A stretch of 64,000 nucleotides of DNA, from the NCBI GenBank assembly GCA_963794325.1, contig CAWCDG010000004.1, forward strand, positions 224,001 to 288,000, given 5' to 3'. Source of the stretch: an uncultured delta proteobacterium. Its GTDB lineage: Bacteria; Desulfobacterota; Binatia; Binatales; Binataceae. Numbering within the stretch: the first letter of the stretch is position 1; each line of letters begins with the position of its first letter. The position numbers were made by a program, and so were the translations under genes. Below, piece after piece: positions 10,449 through 19,916 of this stretch. The notes beneath the pieces were generated by a model. It was not told the DNA's origin. It ran no database searches and saw only the letters and a program-made list of their open reading frames with translations.

Positions 10449-11791
10449 ATGAACGGCGAACGAATCGCGGCCGCGATGCGTCAGCCTGCGATGCTGGCAG
10501 TAGTCTGGATCTGCGCGGTGTTGTGCTGATCGGCACTCTGACTAAGATGCCCGGCCAGTGGCATCGTCGCGATTTCTCGAACTACTACGAATCGGCGTGG
10601 GCGATACGGCACGGAATCGATCCATATTCCACCAATCTCACGCCGATCGGCACGCAGCTTGGCCTCGAGACGAACTGGCTGGTTCATGCCTCCGAGACGC
10701 CACCGTTTCTGCTCTGCTTCGAGCCCCTAACCCGGATGCGGCCGCGCACCGCATTCTGGATCTGGACCGCAATCAATTTTTTGTCACTGGCGATTGCGAT
10801 GTACCTGTTGCTCGCGCATCGACGCGATCTGTCGGGTCGCACCGCATTGCTGCTGGCGGCGCTGATGCTGATGTCGGCACCGGTGAATCTGAATTTTTAC
10901 TGGGGACAATCGCAGTTGATCGTCCTGGCTCTGATGGTAGCTGCGATGCGTGCGATGGAACGCGATCACGACGGCACGGCAGGCTTGCTGATCGCGGCAT
11001 CAGCGCTGTTGCGGGCCTATCCGCTTCTGCTCGTCGGCTATTTTGTATTTCGTCGAAAGTGGCGAGCGGTCCGTTTCGCGACGATCGGAATCGCAGCAGG
11101 AGGATTTGCGACGATCGCGATTTTGGGCTTACCGCAGACTCTCAGCTTCGTGCACGGCGCATTGTGGCTAACTGACTACAGAGTAGTTAGTCGCGTCGAT
11201 AATCTTTCACTTGGACCATTCGTATCCCGAATGTTCTGGTCGCTTGCCGGTACCGCGCCAGGCTCATCGGCCGATTGGATCAGACGTGCCGCTATAGCCA
11301 TTGCGGACGTAGTAGTACTCGGACTGACTATTCGCGCGACGCTCGCCCACGCCAACGGCGAGGATCCAGACTGGAGAATCTACTCACTTTGGATCGTCAC
11401 CGCGATCATGCTGACCCCCGTCGGATGGCATCACTACCTGGTGTTACTGGCTATTCCATTCGTGCAAATGGTCGCGTCGGCTGCGGGCAGTCGGTCAAGC
11501 TCGCGAGCCATCTGGATGGCGGCGTTGTCCTACATGCTCAGCGCGATTTCGCTCCGCGCCTTCAGCCGCTTCATGGTGCCGCCGCCAACCGCGTTTCAAC
11601 TCACCTTCCCAGTGCTGACGCGCGCGCTCGAGGAGACGAGCTTCATCGCATTGCTCACCGGATACATTGCAGCGTATTGGTTCGCGACCGATTACGTCCG
11701 GGTTCCAGTGACCGAAGTGGCACCGGCTTCAGGTGATTCCCGGTTGCATGCGCAAGAAAATTTTAGAGACCGAGCATTCTCCTCAACTTAA
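10449..11791 (+). CDS. GT87/DUF2029 membrane glycosyltransferase, apparent frameshift near 10522
   Basis: DFSNYY, PPFLLCFEPL, WGQ, GWHHYLVLL; ATG 10449 frame encodes a TM helix then stops at 10529. Confidence 0.8.
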
Positions 11792-11990
11792 CTGCGCTGA
11801 AGCCCAGCATCGTTTCATCGCCGATGCGAATGACTGGCACTGCGCGAAAGCCCATGCCGGCCAGCTCGTTGATGAGTGAAGGATCCTTCGCGATGCTCTT
11901 TTCGACGAAGCTGACGTTGTGTTGGATGAGAAATTCTTTCGCCTGATGGCAGGCCGAGCATCCGGTGTTGGTGTAAATTACGACTTCCAT
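11763..11990 (-). CDS. Glutaredoxin/NrdH-like protein
   Basis: VVIYTNTGCSACHQAKEFL, AVPVI, GFS; AGGAG RBS. Confidence 0.9.
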   Translation of the reverse strand: MEVVIYTNTGCSACHQAKEFLIQHNVSFVEKSIAKDPSLINELAGMGFRAVPVIRIGDETMLGFSAVKLRRMLGL

Positions 11991-12379
11991 GCGATCTCCT
12001 TTTTTTGCCGGCGCGACGCTTGCACCGGCATGCACTCGCCGCCGCAAGCCTCGACCATCTTGCGCAAGGTCACGCGGAGCCGCTGCAGGCGGGCGATCTC
12101 GTCATTCATTTTGGCCAACTTCGCTTCAGCTTTTCGCGTGACCGGCCCGCATTCCGCGGTCGATTTGACGCCTAGCGAAAGCAGTTCCTTGATTTCCTTC
12201 AGCGTGAATCCGAGCCGCTTCGCATCGACGATGAAACGCAATCGATCGAGCACGTCGTCAGAATAATTCCGGTAGCCCGAGAAGCTTCGCCGCGGCGCCA
12301 CGATCAATCCTTGCCGCTCATAGAAGCGAATAGTGTCAATACTCACTCCCGCCACATTAGCTACTCGGCCAATCGTCAT
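11978..12379 (-). CDS. MerR-family heavy-metal-responsive regulator
   Basis: MTIGRVA..AGVSIDTIRFYERQGL, GFTLKEIKELL, three Cys (AEC; ACGGEC). Confidence 0.93.
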   Translation of the reverse strand: MTIGRVANVAGVSIDTIRFYERQGLIVAPRRSFSGYRNYSDDVLDRLRFIVDAKRLGFTLKEIKELLSLGVKSTAECGPVTRKAEAKLAKMNDEIARLQRLRVTLRKMVEACGGECMPVQASRRQKKEIAWKS

Positions 12380-12388
12380 CTGAACCTC

Positions 12389-12420
12389 ACGATAGACCCT
12401 TGACTATAGTCCAGAGTCAA
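12389..12420 (-). promoter_or_regulatory. MerR-type long-spacer promoter with ZntR-like dyad
   Basis: TTGACT-20 nt-TATCGT containing ACTCTGGACTA/TAGTCAAGGGT (9/11 dyad). Confidence 0.85.
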
Positions 12421-12429
12421 GCACGTCGA

Positions 12430-13854
12430 TTAATTCGCGGGAATCGCAGTCACGTAATCGAAATCCAGCGCTTGATGGTTGATTCCGCGCACCGGCGGCG
12501 CGATCCAGTTCGCGAACTTACCCGGTACGGTGACGGGCTTCATCAATGATGCGACGAATTCACGATCGGCTTGCGTCGGCAGCCATTCCGATTGGTGCCG
12601 TTGCCACTCCTCTTCGCTGACGATCTGCCCGGCCGGCGTTACGTTCACACTCGCGAATTCGCCGATCGATCGTCGAAACCCGCGATGCGGCAGTTTGAGC
12701 TCAAAGCCTACCCCGGCTTCACGAATAATCTTGTTCCATCGCGCCAGCGCGCGCTCGCAATCGGCAATATAGGAATCGCGTAGAGTCTCGTTCAACGCAT
12801 TCAGCGCCGGCTGCTCAGTCTGAATGATTTTTTCAGTACCAGGTTTCAGGACTGGGTAGCTGGCACCTTTCAGCTGATGGTCGTCGTCTCGGTCGGTCTC
12901 CTTGAAGCGTCCCTTGAGGCCTGCGCTGTAGTAAGTCGCCGCATTCGTGGATAGCTCGGACCCGAACAGATCGAGCGACACTGAGTAATGAAAGTTTATA
13001 TACTTCTGAATGATACTCAGATCGACGCCGCCATACTCACTGACTATTTCAGTATTGTGCTCCTTCATCAGTTGGCAGGTGCGGGCGATGACGCGGCCGA
13101 CTCCCGACTCGCCGACGAACAGATGATGCGCCTCTTCGGTCAGCATGAAGCGGCAGGTGCGCGCGAGCGGATCGAATCCCGATTCGGCCAGGCTCGCGAG
13201 CTGATACTTGCCGTCGCGGTCGGTGAAATGCGCGAACATGAAGTACGACAGCCAGTCGGGCGTCTTCTCGTTGAACGCACCGAGGATGCGCGGGTTGTCC
13301 GCGTTGCCCGATCGGCGTTGCAACAGCGCATCAGCCTCTTCGCGGCCGTCGCGTCCGAAGTAAGCGTGGAGCAGATAGACCATCGCCCACAGATGACGCC
13401 CTTCTTCGACGTTGACCTGAAAAAGATTGCGCAGGTCGTAGAGCGACGGACAGGTCCTGCCGAGATGCCGCTGCTGCTCGACCGACGCCGGCTCAGTGTC
13501 GCCCTGCGTCACAATCAGCCGGCGCAGGACTCCGCGATGCTCACCCGGCACGTCGCGCCAGACCGGTTCGCCCTTATGCTCTCCGAACGGAATGCGGCGA
13601 TCGAGCTCGGGGTCGGCCAGGAAAATCCCCCATCGATAATCCGGCATCTTGACGTAGCCGAAAGTCGCCCAACCCTGCGCATCAGTCGAGATCGCGGTCC
13701 GCAAATATACATCGCAGCCCTGAAAAGTTTCGGGGCCCATTTCATTCCACCATTGCAGGAATCCCGGCTGCCACGCCTCGAGCGCGCGCTGCAGGCGGCG
13801 GTCGTCGGTAAGATTCACGTTGTTGGGAATCCGCTCGGAATAGTTGATCGCCAT
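12430..13854 (-). CDS. boxB: Benzoyl-CoA 2,3-epoxidase subunit B
   Basis: ERIPNNV, QGDTEPASVEQQR, EEGRHLWAM, EEAHH di-iron motifs; 474 aa. Confidence 0.96.
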   Translation of the reverse strand: MAINYSERIPNNVNLTDDRRLQRALEAWQPGFLQWWNEMGPETFQGCDVYLRTAISTDAQGWATFGYVKMPDYRWGIFLADPELDRRIPFGEHKGEPVWRDVPGEHRGVLRRLIVTQGDTEPASVEQQRHLGRTCPSLYDLRNLFQVNVEEGRHLWAMVYLLHAYFGRDGREEADALLQRRSGNADNPRILGAFNEKTPDWLSYFMFAHFTDRDGKYQLASLAESGFDPLARTCRFMLTEEAHHLFVGESGVGRVIARTCQLMKEHNTEIVSEYGGVDLSIIQKYINFHYSVSLDLFGSELSTNAATYYSAGLKGRFKETDRDDDHQLKGASYPVLKPGTEKIIQTEQPALNALNETLRDSYIADCERALARWNKIIREAGVGFELKLPHRGFRRSIGEFASVNVTPAGQIVSEEEWQRHQSEWLPTQADREFVASLMKPVTVPGKFANWIAPPVRGINHQALDFDYVTAIPAN

Positions 13855-15503
13855 CAGACTCTCCTCGGATCGAATTCCGGCCGCGCTCCGGTGCCGTAAA
13901 GTTTCAGCGCGCCTTTTTCTCCGACCGCGTTGGGCCGCTGAAAGATCCAGTTCTGCCACGCCGACAGACGGGCAAATATTTTCGATTCAATCGTCTCCGG
14001 CCCGCCAAATCGCAACGACGCCTCCATCCCGGTGAGCGCGTCCGACGAAAATGCCGCGCGTTCCTCGAGCGCAAGGCGCACCTCGTCGTCCCAGTCGATC
14101 TCGTCGGGCGTGAACGTCACGAGGCCTTCTTCATCGGCCTGAGATGCATCAAGCTGCTCGCCAATCTTCGCGCGCAAATGCTCGACGCGCTGCGGCTCTC
14201 CCAGAAACCTGCTCTCCAGCCGCGTCAATCCGTTGCACATCGGCATCGCGCCAAAATTTATTTCCGTGAAGCTGATATTCGCCGGCATCGATTCGTCGCC
14301 CTCGCGCAGTCCGCGCAGCATGTAGGTGCGATCCGACGCCAGCGCAAGCTCCAACAGCGTCCCGCAAAAACATGACCCCGGTTCGATCAATGCGAAAATC
14401 GATCGCGAGCTGACGTCGAGTCGTTTCAACATGCGTTTCAAGTAGAGCCGGATTTCTCGCACCAGCCAGTCGTCTGCGTTTGCGGCGAGGAATACGTCGT
14501 GCGATTTCACCAGCGCCGCATCGCCCAGCGTGCGAAAGATCCACGTCCGCACCGTGTCCTCGTTGAAGCGCAGATGCAGGATCGCATCTTCGAGTTCGCG
14601 TGCAATCGCCAACGGCCAGAAGTCCGCGCCGATCGAATGAGCGTCCTCGACGTTGCGCGGCGCCGGATTCTTCGGACCCTCGACAGTGAAGGTCGCGGTG
14701 GAATTGTCACGATCGATATCGATCGTCAGGTACTGATACTTGATCCGTCGCTCTTCGATGTCGCGCTGGAGCCGGCCGAAGGATATTCCGCGAGGATTAG
14801 CGGTTCCATTCGCACGCGCGGCAAACTCGAGCGCTCTTCGCGATGCCGACTCGATAAGCTGCGACCGCGGAACGACCTCGTCCACCAGTTGCCATTCGAC
14901 AGCGCGCTTGCCCCTGACTCCTTCCTCGGTGGTGCAAAAAAAATCCGCGCGGTCGCGTCGGACGCGGCGCTTATCAACCAGCCGGGTCAGCCCGCCCGTC
15001 CCCGGCAGCACGCCGAGCAGCGCGACCTCCGGCAGGGAAACGCTGGTCGAGCCATCGTCCGCCATCATTATATAGTCGGTCGCGAGTGCGAGCTCGTAAC
15101 CACCGCCGGCACACGCCCCGCCAATCGCCGTCATGTAGTACTGGCCCGAGTTGAGCGTCGCGTCCTCAATCGCATTGCGCGTCTCGTTGGTGAACTTGCA
15201 GAAATTCACCTTGAACGGATGGCTCGACAGGCCGAGCATCCTGATGTTCGCGCCCGCGCAGAAGACGCGCTCCTTGCCCGACGTGACGATCACGCATTTC
15301 ACTTCGGGATGCTCGAAGCGCATCCGATTCACGGCATCGTTGAGCTCGATATCGACCCCGAGATCGTACGAATTGAGCTTGAGCTCGTAGCCCGGCGCGA
15401 GGCCGCCGTTTTCATCCACGTCCATCGCGAGCGTCGCGACCGGCCCGGCGAAACTCAAACGCCAATGCCGATATGCGGACGGCTCGATTCGAAAGTCGAT
15501 CAT
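13854..15503 (-). CDS. boxC: 2,3-epoxybenzoyl-CoA dihydrolase
   Basis: YELKLNSYDLGVDIEL, KVNFCKFTNETR, RLSAWQNWIFQRPNAVG; TGATG-coupled to boxB. Confidence 0.96.
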   Translation of the reverse strand: MIDFRIEPSAYRHWRLSFAGPVATLAMDVDENGGLAPGYELKLNSYDLGVDIELNDAVNRMRFEHPEVKCVIVTSGKERVFCAGANIRMLGLSSHPFKVNFCKFTNETRNAIEDATLNSGQYYMTAIGGACAGGGYELALATDYIMMADDGSTSVSLPEVALLGVLPGTGGLTRLVDKRRVRRDRADFFCTTEEGVRGKRAVEWQLVDEVVPRSQLIESASRRALEFAARANGTANPRGISFGRLQRDIEERRIKYQYLTIDIDRDNSTATFTVEGPKNPAPRNVEDAHSIGADFWPLAIARELEDAILHLRFNEDTVRTWIFRTLGDAALVKSHDVFLAANADDWLVREIRLYLKRMLKRLDVSSRSIFALIEPGSCFCGTLLELALASDRTYMLRGLREGDESMPANISFTEINFGAMPMCNGLTRLESRFLGEPQRVEHLRAKIGEQLDASQADEEGLVTFTPDEIDWDDEVRLALEERAAFSSDALTGMEASLRFGGPETIESKIFARLSAWQNWIFQRPNAVGEKGALKLYGTGARPEFDPRRV

Positions 15504-15588
15504 CAGGAAGTCTCCCGCTTGGAACAAGCGTTCAGCTTAATATAGACCGCAAAATACCTGTCGATTCAACAACGGTGGTTGTCGCGAT

Positions 15589-17724
15589 TCACGCGATGCG
15601 CCTGACCACGACCATCGCGTGCCCCGCGACGTGCACCCGCTCTTCGAATAGATGTGATCGCGAGTCGCTCAGCGTGGCCGGATCGGCTGTGTCAAAGACG
15701 ATGGTCCACTTCCGTCCCCATTTTTTCGGCGGCAGCTTGAATTCCATCGGCTCGCTGTACGAGTTGAACATCAGAAAGAAGCTCTCATCGGTAATTCGCT
15801 CGCCCATGCGATCGCGTTCGGTCATCGCGTTGCCGTTAATGAACGCCCCCAGCGTCTTCGCGTATCCGACTCCCCAATCGCTTGCGATCATCACGCCGCC
15901 GTCGGGCCGGAACCATTCGAGATCCTTCAGCCGGTTGCGCTTGGGCGGGATGCCGGTGAACCATCCGCGGCGTCGAAAGATCGGATGATCGCGACGGAGC
16001 TGGATCAGCCGCCGGGTAAACTCGATCAGCGCCTGATCGGCGCTCTGCCAATCGATCCACGAAATCGGATTGTCCTGACAGTAGGCGTTGTTGTTGCCGC
16101 GCTGCGTACGTCCGAGTTCGTCGCCGTGGAGGATCATCGGCACGCCCTGTGACAGCATCAGGGTCGCGAGAAAGTTGCGCTTCTGCTGCTCGCGAATCGC
16201 GCGAGTCGCGGGATCGCCGGTCGGTCCTTCGATGCCGCAATTCCACGATCGATTCTGACTGTCGCCGTCGCGATTGTCCTCGCCGTTCGCCTCGTTGTGC
16301 TTGTCGTTGTACGAGACGAGGTCGGCAAGCGTGAAGCCGTCGTGCGAGGTGACAAAGTTGATGCTCGCGAGCGGCGCGCGGCCGACGGCGCGATACAGAT
16401 CTGAACTGCCGGTGACGCGCGACGCCAACTCGCCCATCGAACCGTCCGCGCCGCGCCAGAAATCCCGCACGCCATCGCGATACTTGCCGTTCCACTCTTT
16501 CCAGTTGACCGGAAAATATCCGACGCGATAGCCGCCATCGCCGATGTCCCACGGCTCCGCTATCAGCTTGGCCGCCGATATCACCGGGTCCTGCATAATT
16601 GCCGCAAAAAACGGGCTGGTGCCAAACTCGCCGCGAGGACCGCGGGCCAGCGTGGTCGCCAGGTCGAAGCGGAAACCGTCGACATGCATCTCGTCCAGCC
16701 AGTAGCGCAGGCTGTCCATCACCATTTGCAGAACCCGCGAATGCGTCATGTCGAGCGCGTTCCCGGTGCCGGTAAAATCCTCGCAGCGACCGCTGCCATC
16801 GTTTCGCAGCCGGTAGTAACTCGCATTGTCGATCCCGCGAAAACAAATCGTCGGCCCGGTCTCATCGCCCTCGCCCGTATGGTTGTAAACGACGTCGAGA
16901 ATCACCTCGATTCCCGCGCGATGGAACGCCTTCACCATCGATTTGAATTCCGCGACCGAGCCGCCGACGGCGCTGCCTGACGCGAAGCGCACATCAGGCG
17001 CGAAATAACCAATTGAATTGTATCCCCAGTAATTGGTCAGCCCGAGTTTTTCCAGGCGATGTTCAGGAGCTACCTGATGCACCGGCATCAATTCGATCGC
17101 GTTGACCCCCAGCCGGGTCAAATGTTTGATCACCGGCGGCGACGCGAGCGCCGCATAGGTTCCTCGCATCCTGCGCGGCACCTCAGGATGCGCCGCCGTC
17201 ATGCCCTTCACGTGCGCCTCATAGACGATGAGATTCTCGAGCGGAACTTCGGGCTTGCGATCGCCCTCCCAGTCGTACACCGAATCGACCACTACGCACT
17301 TGGGCATCGCGGGCGCGCTGTCGCGCAAATCGAGACGCGGCGGATTGCCCGCGGTAATCGAGCGATAACCCATCATCGAGTCGTTCCATCGAGCAACGCG
17401 ATCGAGCGCTCGCGCGTACGGATCGATCACCAGCTTGGCGGAGTTGAAACGATGCCCCGCGGGAGGATCGTAGGGACCACTCACGCGATATCCATAACGC
17501 TGACCGATCCGGACGCCCGGAACATAAGCGTGCCAGATATGTTCCGTGCGTTCGGCCATCGGTATCCGCGCGATCTCTTCGTTGCCCGCCGCGCCGCCGA
17601 ACAGGCACAAGGTCGCACCGGTCGCATGCTCGGAAAAAATCGAAAAATTCACTCCCGTGAGGTCACAGGTCGCGCCCAGCGGATACGGCATGCCGGGAAG
17701 AGCTGCAAATCTGGATTTCGGCAT
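15589..17724 (-). CDS. glgX: Glycogen debranching enzyme
   Basis: NYWGYN, LDVVYNHT, DGFRFDLA, IAEPWD, HDGFTL, GNNNAYCQDN. Confidence 0.97.
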   Translation of the reverse strand: MPKSRFAALPGMPYPLGATCDLTGVNFSIFSEHATGATLCLFGGAAGNEEIARIPMAERTEHIWHAYVPGVRIGQRYGYRVSGPYDPPAGHRFNSAKLVIDPYARALDRVARWNDSMMGYRSITAGNPPRLDLRDSAPAMPKCVVVDSVYDWEGDRKPEVPLENLIVYEAHVKGMTAAHPEVPRRMRGTYAALASPPVIKHLTRLGVNAIELMPVHQVAPEHRLEKLGLTNYWGYNSIGYFAPDVRFASGSAVGGSVAEFKSMVKAFHRAGIEVILDVVYNHTGEGDETGPTICFRGIDNASYYRLRNDGSGRCEDFTGTGNALDMTHSRVLQMVMDSLRYWLDEMHVDGFRFDLATTLARGPRGEFGTSPFFAAIMQDPVISAAKLIAEPWDIGDGGYRVGYFPVNWKEWNGKYRDGVRDFWRGADGSMGELASRVTGSSDLYRAVGRAPLASINFVTSHDGFTLADLVSYNDKHNEANGEDNRDGDSQNRSWNCGIEGPTGDPATRAIREQQKRNFLATLMLSQGVPMILHGDELGRTQRGNNNAYCQDNPISWIDWQSADQALIEFTRRLIQLRRDHPIFRRRGWFTGIPPKRNRLKDLEWFRPDGGVMIASDWGVGYAKTLGAFINGNAMTERDRMGERITDESFFLMFNSYSEPMEFKLPPKKWGRKWTIVFDTADPATLSDSRSHLFEERVHVAGHAMVVVRRIA

Positions 17725-17842
17725 TTTGACCGTGACACTAATGGCAAGCCGCGCTCATAGTCGCAACCATCCAGTTCCTCTCCAAAATGGAGAGGAGTTA
17801 GGGCATAGGTAGATCACGCGCTACTATTGTGCCGGCTGACAA

Positions 17843-18466
17843 ATGCGATCCGTAGATTTCTATTTCGATTTCTCCAGCACCAACAGCTACTTCGCCGCGT
17901 TCATGCTGCCGGAGATTTGCGCCCGAATCGACGCGCGCGTGAACTGGATACCGACCCATTCAGCAGCGCTGTTTCGCGGCACCGGCTTCGACGTGATGGC
18001 GATGACGCCGCGCAAGACGCGCTACCTGTGGCGCGATCACGCGCGTTACGCCGAACTGACCGGGTTGCCATTCAAAAAGCCCAGCCGTTTTCCAATCAAG
18101 ACGTCGTCAGCCTTGCGCGCAGTGGTGGCCGCCGCGAGCGTAACTCAGGCCGGCGATGCCGACGCGTCGCGCGAACCGGCGCAGCGCGCGATCTCGCAGG
18201 CAATCATGCGCGCATACTGGGAGCGCGACGAGGACATCAGCGACCGCGACGTGATCGCATCGATTGCGACGAGCGCCGGCTTCGACGGCCGTGCACTAAT
18301 GGAAATCGCGGATGCAAAATCCGCACGTGACGAGCTCGCCGCTTTGACCGATCGCGCGATCGCGCGCGGCGTCTTCGGCGTCCCCGCATTTTTCGTCGAC
18401 AATGAAATGTTCTGGGGCAAAGACCGCCTCGACTTCGTCGAGCGATGGCTCAAACGCCCGGAATGA
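17843..18466 (+). CDS. DsbA/kappa-GST family (2-hydroxychromene-2-carboxylate isomerase-like)
   Basis: VDFYFDFSS and GVFGVPAFFVDNEMFWGKDRL. Confidence 0.9.
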   Translation: MRSVDFYFDFSSTNSYFAAFMLPEICARIDARVNWIPTHSAALFRGTGFDVMAMTPRKTRYLWRDHARYAELTGLPFKKPSRFPIKTSSALRAVVAAASVTQAGDADASREPAQRAISQAIMRAYWERDEDISDRDVIASIATSAGFDGRALMEIADAKSARDELAALTDRAIARGVFGVPAFFVDNEMFWGKDRLDFVERWLKRPE

Positions 18467-18535
18467 CTCTCTCCTTTCTTCGTCGAGCGTGCTTAAAAGA
18501 GCGTGAAAGCAACCGTACAATCGGTAACTAAAGGC

Positions 18536-18564
18536 TTGACACATTGTAGGCCAGGTTAAACAAT
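18536..18564 (+). promoter_or_regulatory. Sigma70-like promoter
   Basis: TTGACA-17 nt-AACAAT. Confidence 0.6.
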
Positions 18565-18571
18565 AGGGCCC

Positions 18572-18793
18572 GTGTCAGCGCCGAGAATCGTAATATTGCG
18601 CAACAAGACCCAACAGGCCTCGTTGCGAATCGATCCTCGAAGCTGACTGAACCTGGGAGGGGAGAAATCCATCACTTCGACGAGGCCGGATTGGACCACG
18701 GCATCGTCCCGGTATGCTTCGGTGTGGCAATCGAAGCCGACCTATGGCAGCGTAAGCGGCCGTCCGGGATCGTCTCCTCGGCTGGTTTGGCGT
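18572..18793 (+). ncRNA. Candidate structured ncRNA or leader, family not recognised
   Basis: Begins just after the promoter; 5'/3' closing stem GCCGAG/CTCGGC encloses two multi-stem domains. Confidence 0.45.
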
Positions 18794-18901
18794 GTGCGTT
18801 TGGTTCAGAAATGCCCTCGATACGTTGCAGGAACGCCCTTTAGCGAGATAGCAAACACTATCTGTAGTGCTCCAGGGTAATTTCGCTCACTATGGGTAGC
18901 A

Positions 18902-18917
18902 TGGCATTCGATTTGCT
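18902..18917 (+). promoter_or_regulatory. Sigma54 (-24/-12) promoter
   Basis: TGGCATT-CGAT-TTGCT, about 60 nt upstream of ATG 18979. Confidence 0.7.
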
Positions 18918-18978
18918 GGTTTAGGGCGACATAGATGGTTATTGAAGAGCATCGCGAGCCACTTAGCGTAGTACCTCT

Positions 18979-19851
18979 ATGAGTGCAGCCATGACCTCAT
19001 CGCCTGCGATGGCGAAGCGAATCACCCCGCGCCCACCGGACGCACTGGCGGCTCGCGAGGTCGATCATCTCGTTTCCAAGCTGCTCAGCGAAATCAAGGT
19101 CCCGTTCGGCTCGCTCGGGACTCGAGTCCTCACTCAGCTCGCCGACCTCAAGCGCATCCTCTCTACTGACTATATGGACGTGCCCGCGCTTCCGCAAAAG
19201 CCTCTGCTCAAGGAATTGGCGCAGGTCGTCGAGAACGACATCAAGCAGCATATCCCGACTTACGGGAGCCTGTCGGATCTCGGCAGCCCGCAGTTGCTCG
19301 GTCATCTCGGCAAATTGTTCGGCCCGCGCGAACTCGAATTGCGTGCCGAGCCCTATCGCACCGGCGCCGGGCTGTCGCTGCGCGGCTTTTACTGCCGCGC
19401 CGACCTCGGCGACAAAAGCAAGTTCGTGATCTTCGTCAACACCGCGCATCATCCCGGCGCAGTTGGCGCGACGCTCGGCCATGAACTCGGCCACTTCATT
19501 TACGGCTCGTTAGTCGGCGAGAAAGCCGCTCACACCGCCTTCATGGAAGGTGCGTTCGCCAATCACCTGGCGGAAGAAGACGAGCTGTTCGCCGACAGCC
19601 TGGTCGCGCTGGCGGCCTACAGCCCGGAATTGATCAAAAAGATCGGCGGCAGCGGCATCACGCAAATGAAGCCGGGCTCGTCGGACGATTTATTCCATCG
19701 GATTAAAGGCGCTTACGACATGATCGGAACCGAGTACAATCTCGATCTGGCCAAGGGCAAGATGGCGGCGGCATGGCGCGTCCGCTACCTCACGTCGATG
19801 GCGCATTTCTTCAAGCTGCGCTGCGCGCTCTACAAATCCGCGGGAGTCTAA
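18979..19851 (+). CDS. ImmA/IrrE (peptidase M78)-like zinc metalloprotease
   Basis: VIFVNTAHH...TLGHELGHF followed by EEDELFAD. Confidence 0.7.
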   Translation: MSAAMTSSPAMAKRITPRPPDALAAREVDHLVSKLLSEIKVPFGSLGTRVLTQLADLKRILSTDYMDVPALPQKPLLKELAQVVENDIKQHIPTYGSLSDLGSPQLLGHLGKLFGPRELELRAEPYRTGAGLSLRGFYCRADLGDKSKFVIFVNTAHHPGAVGATLGHELGHFIYGSLVGEKAAHTAFMEGAFANHLAEEDELFADSLVALAAYSPELIKKIGGSGITQMKPGSSDDLFHRIKGAYDMIGTEYNLDLAKGKMAAAWRVRYLTSMAHFFKLRCALYKSAGV

Positions 19852-19872
19852 GCTTCAAGAGAGAGGGACAAA

Positions 19873-19906
19873 ACGGCCGCCCGCCGACGGGCGGCATCGT
19901 TTTTTC
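19873..19906 (+). terminator. Intrinsic terminator
   Basis: GCCGCCCG-CCGA-CGGGCGGC hairpin followed by ATCG and a T6 run. Confidence 0.7.
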
Positions 19907-19916
19907 TGGAAGGGCG

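Noticed and set aside
11940-11965. CSACH as a heme-c motif, or a selenoprotein
   Set aside because: It is the glutaredoxin CxxC in a protein with no signal peptide; no in-frame TGA here or in the ArsS tail
18700-18770. c-di-GMP-I (GEMM) riboswitch, suggested by CCTATGGCAGC
   Set aside because: Lacks the GGCAAA/GAAA-tetraloop/GACGCAAAGC core; also no match to 6S, SRP, tmRNA, glycine or cobalamin motifs that I recognise
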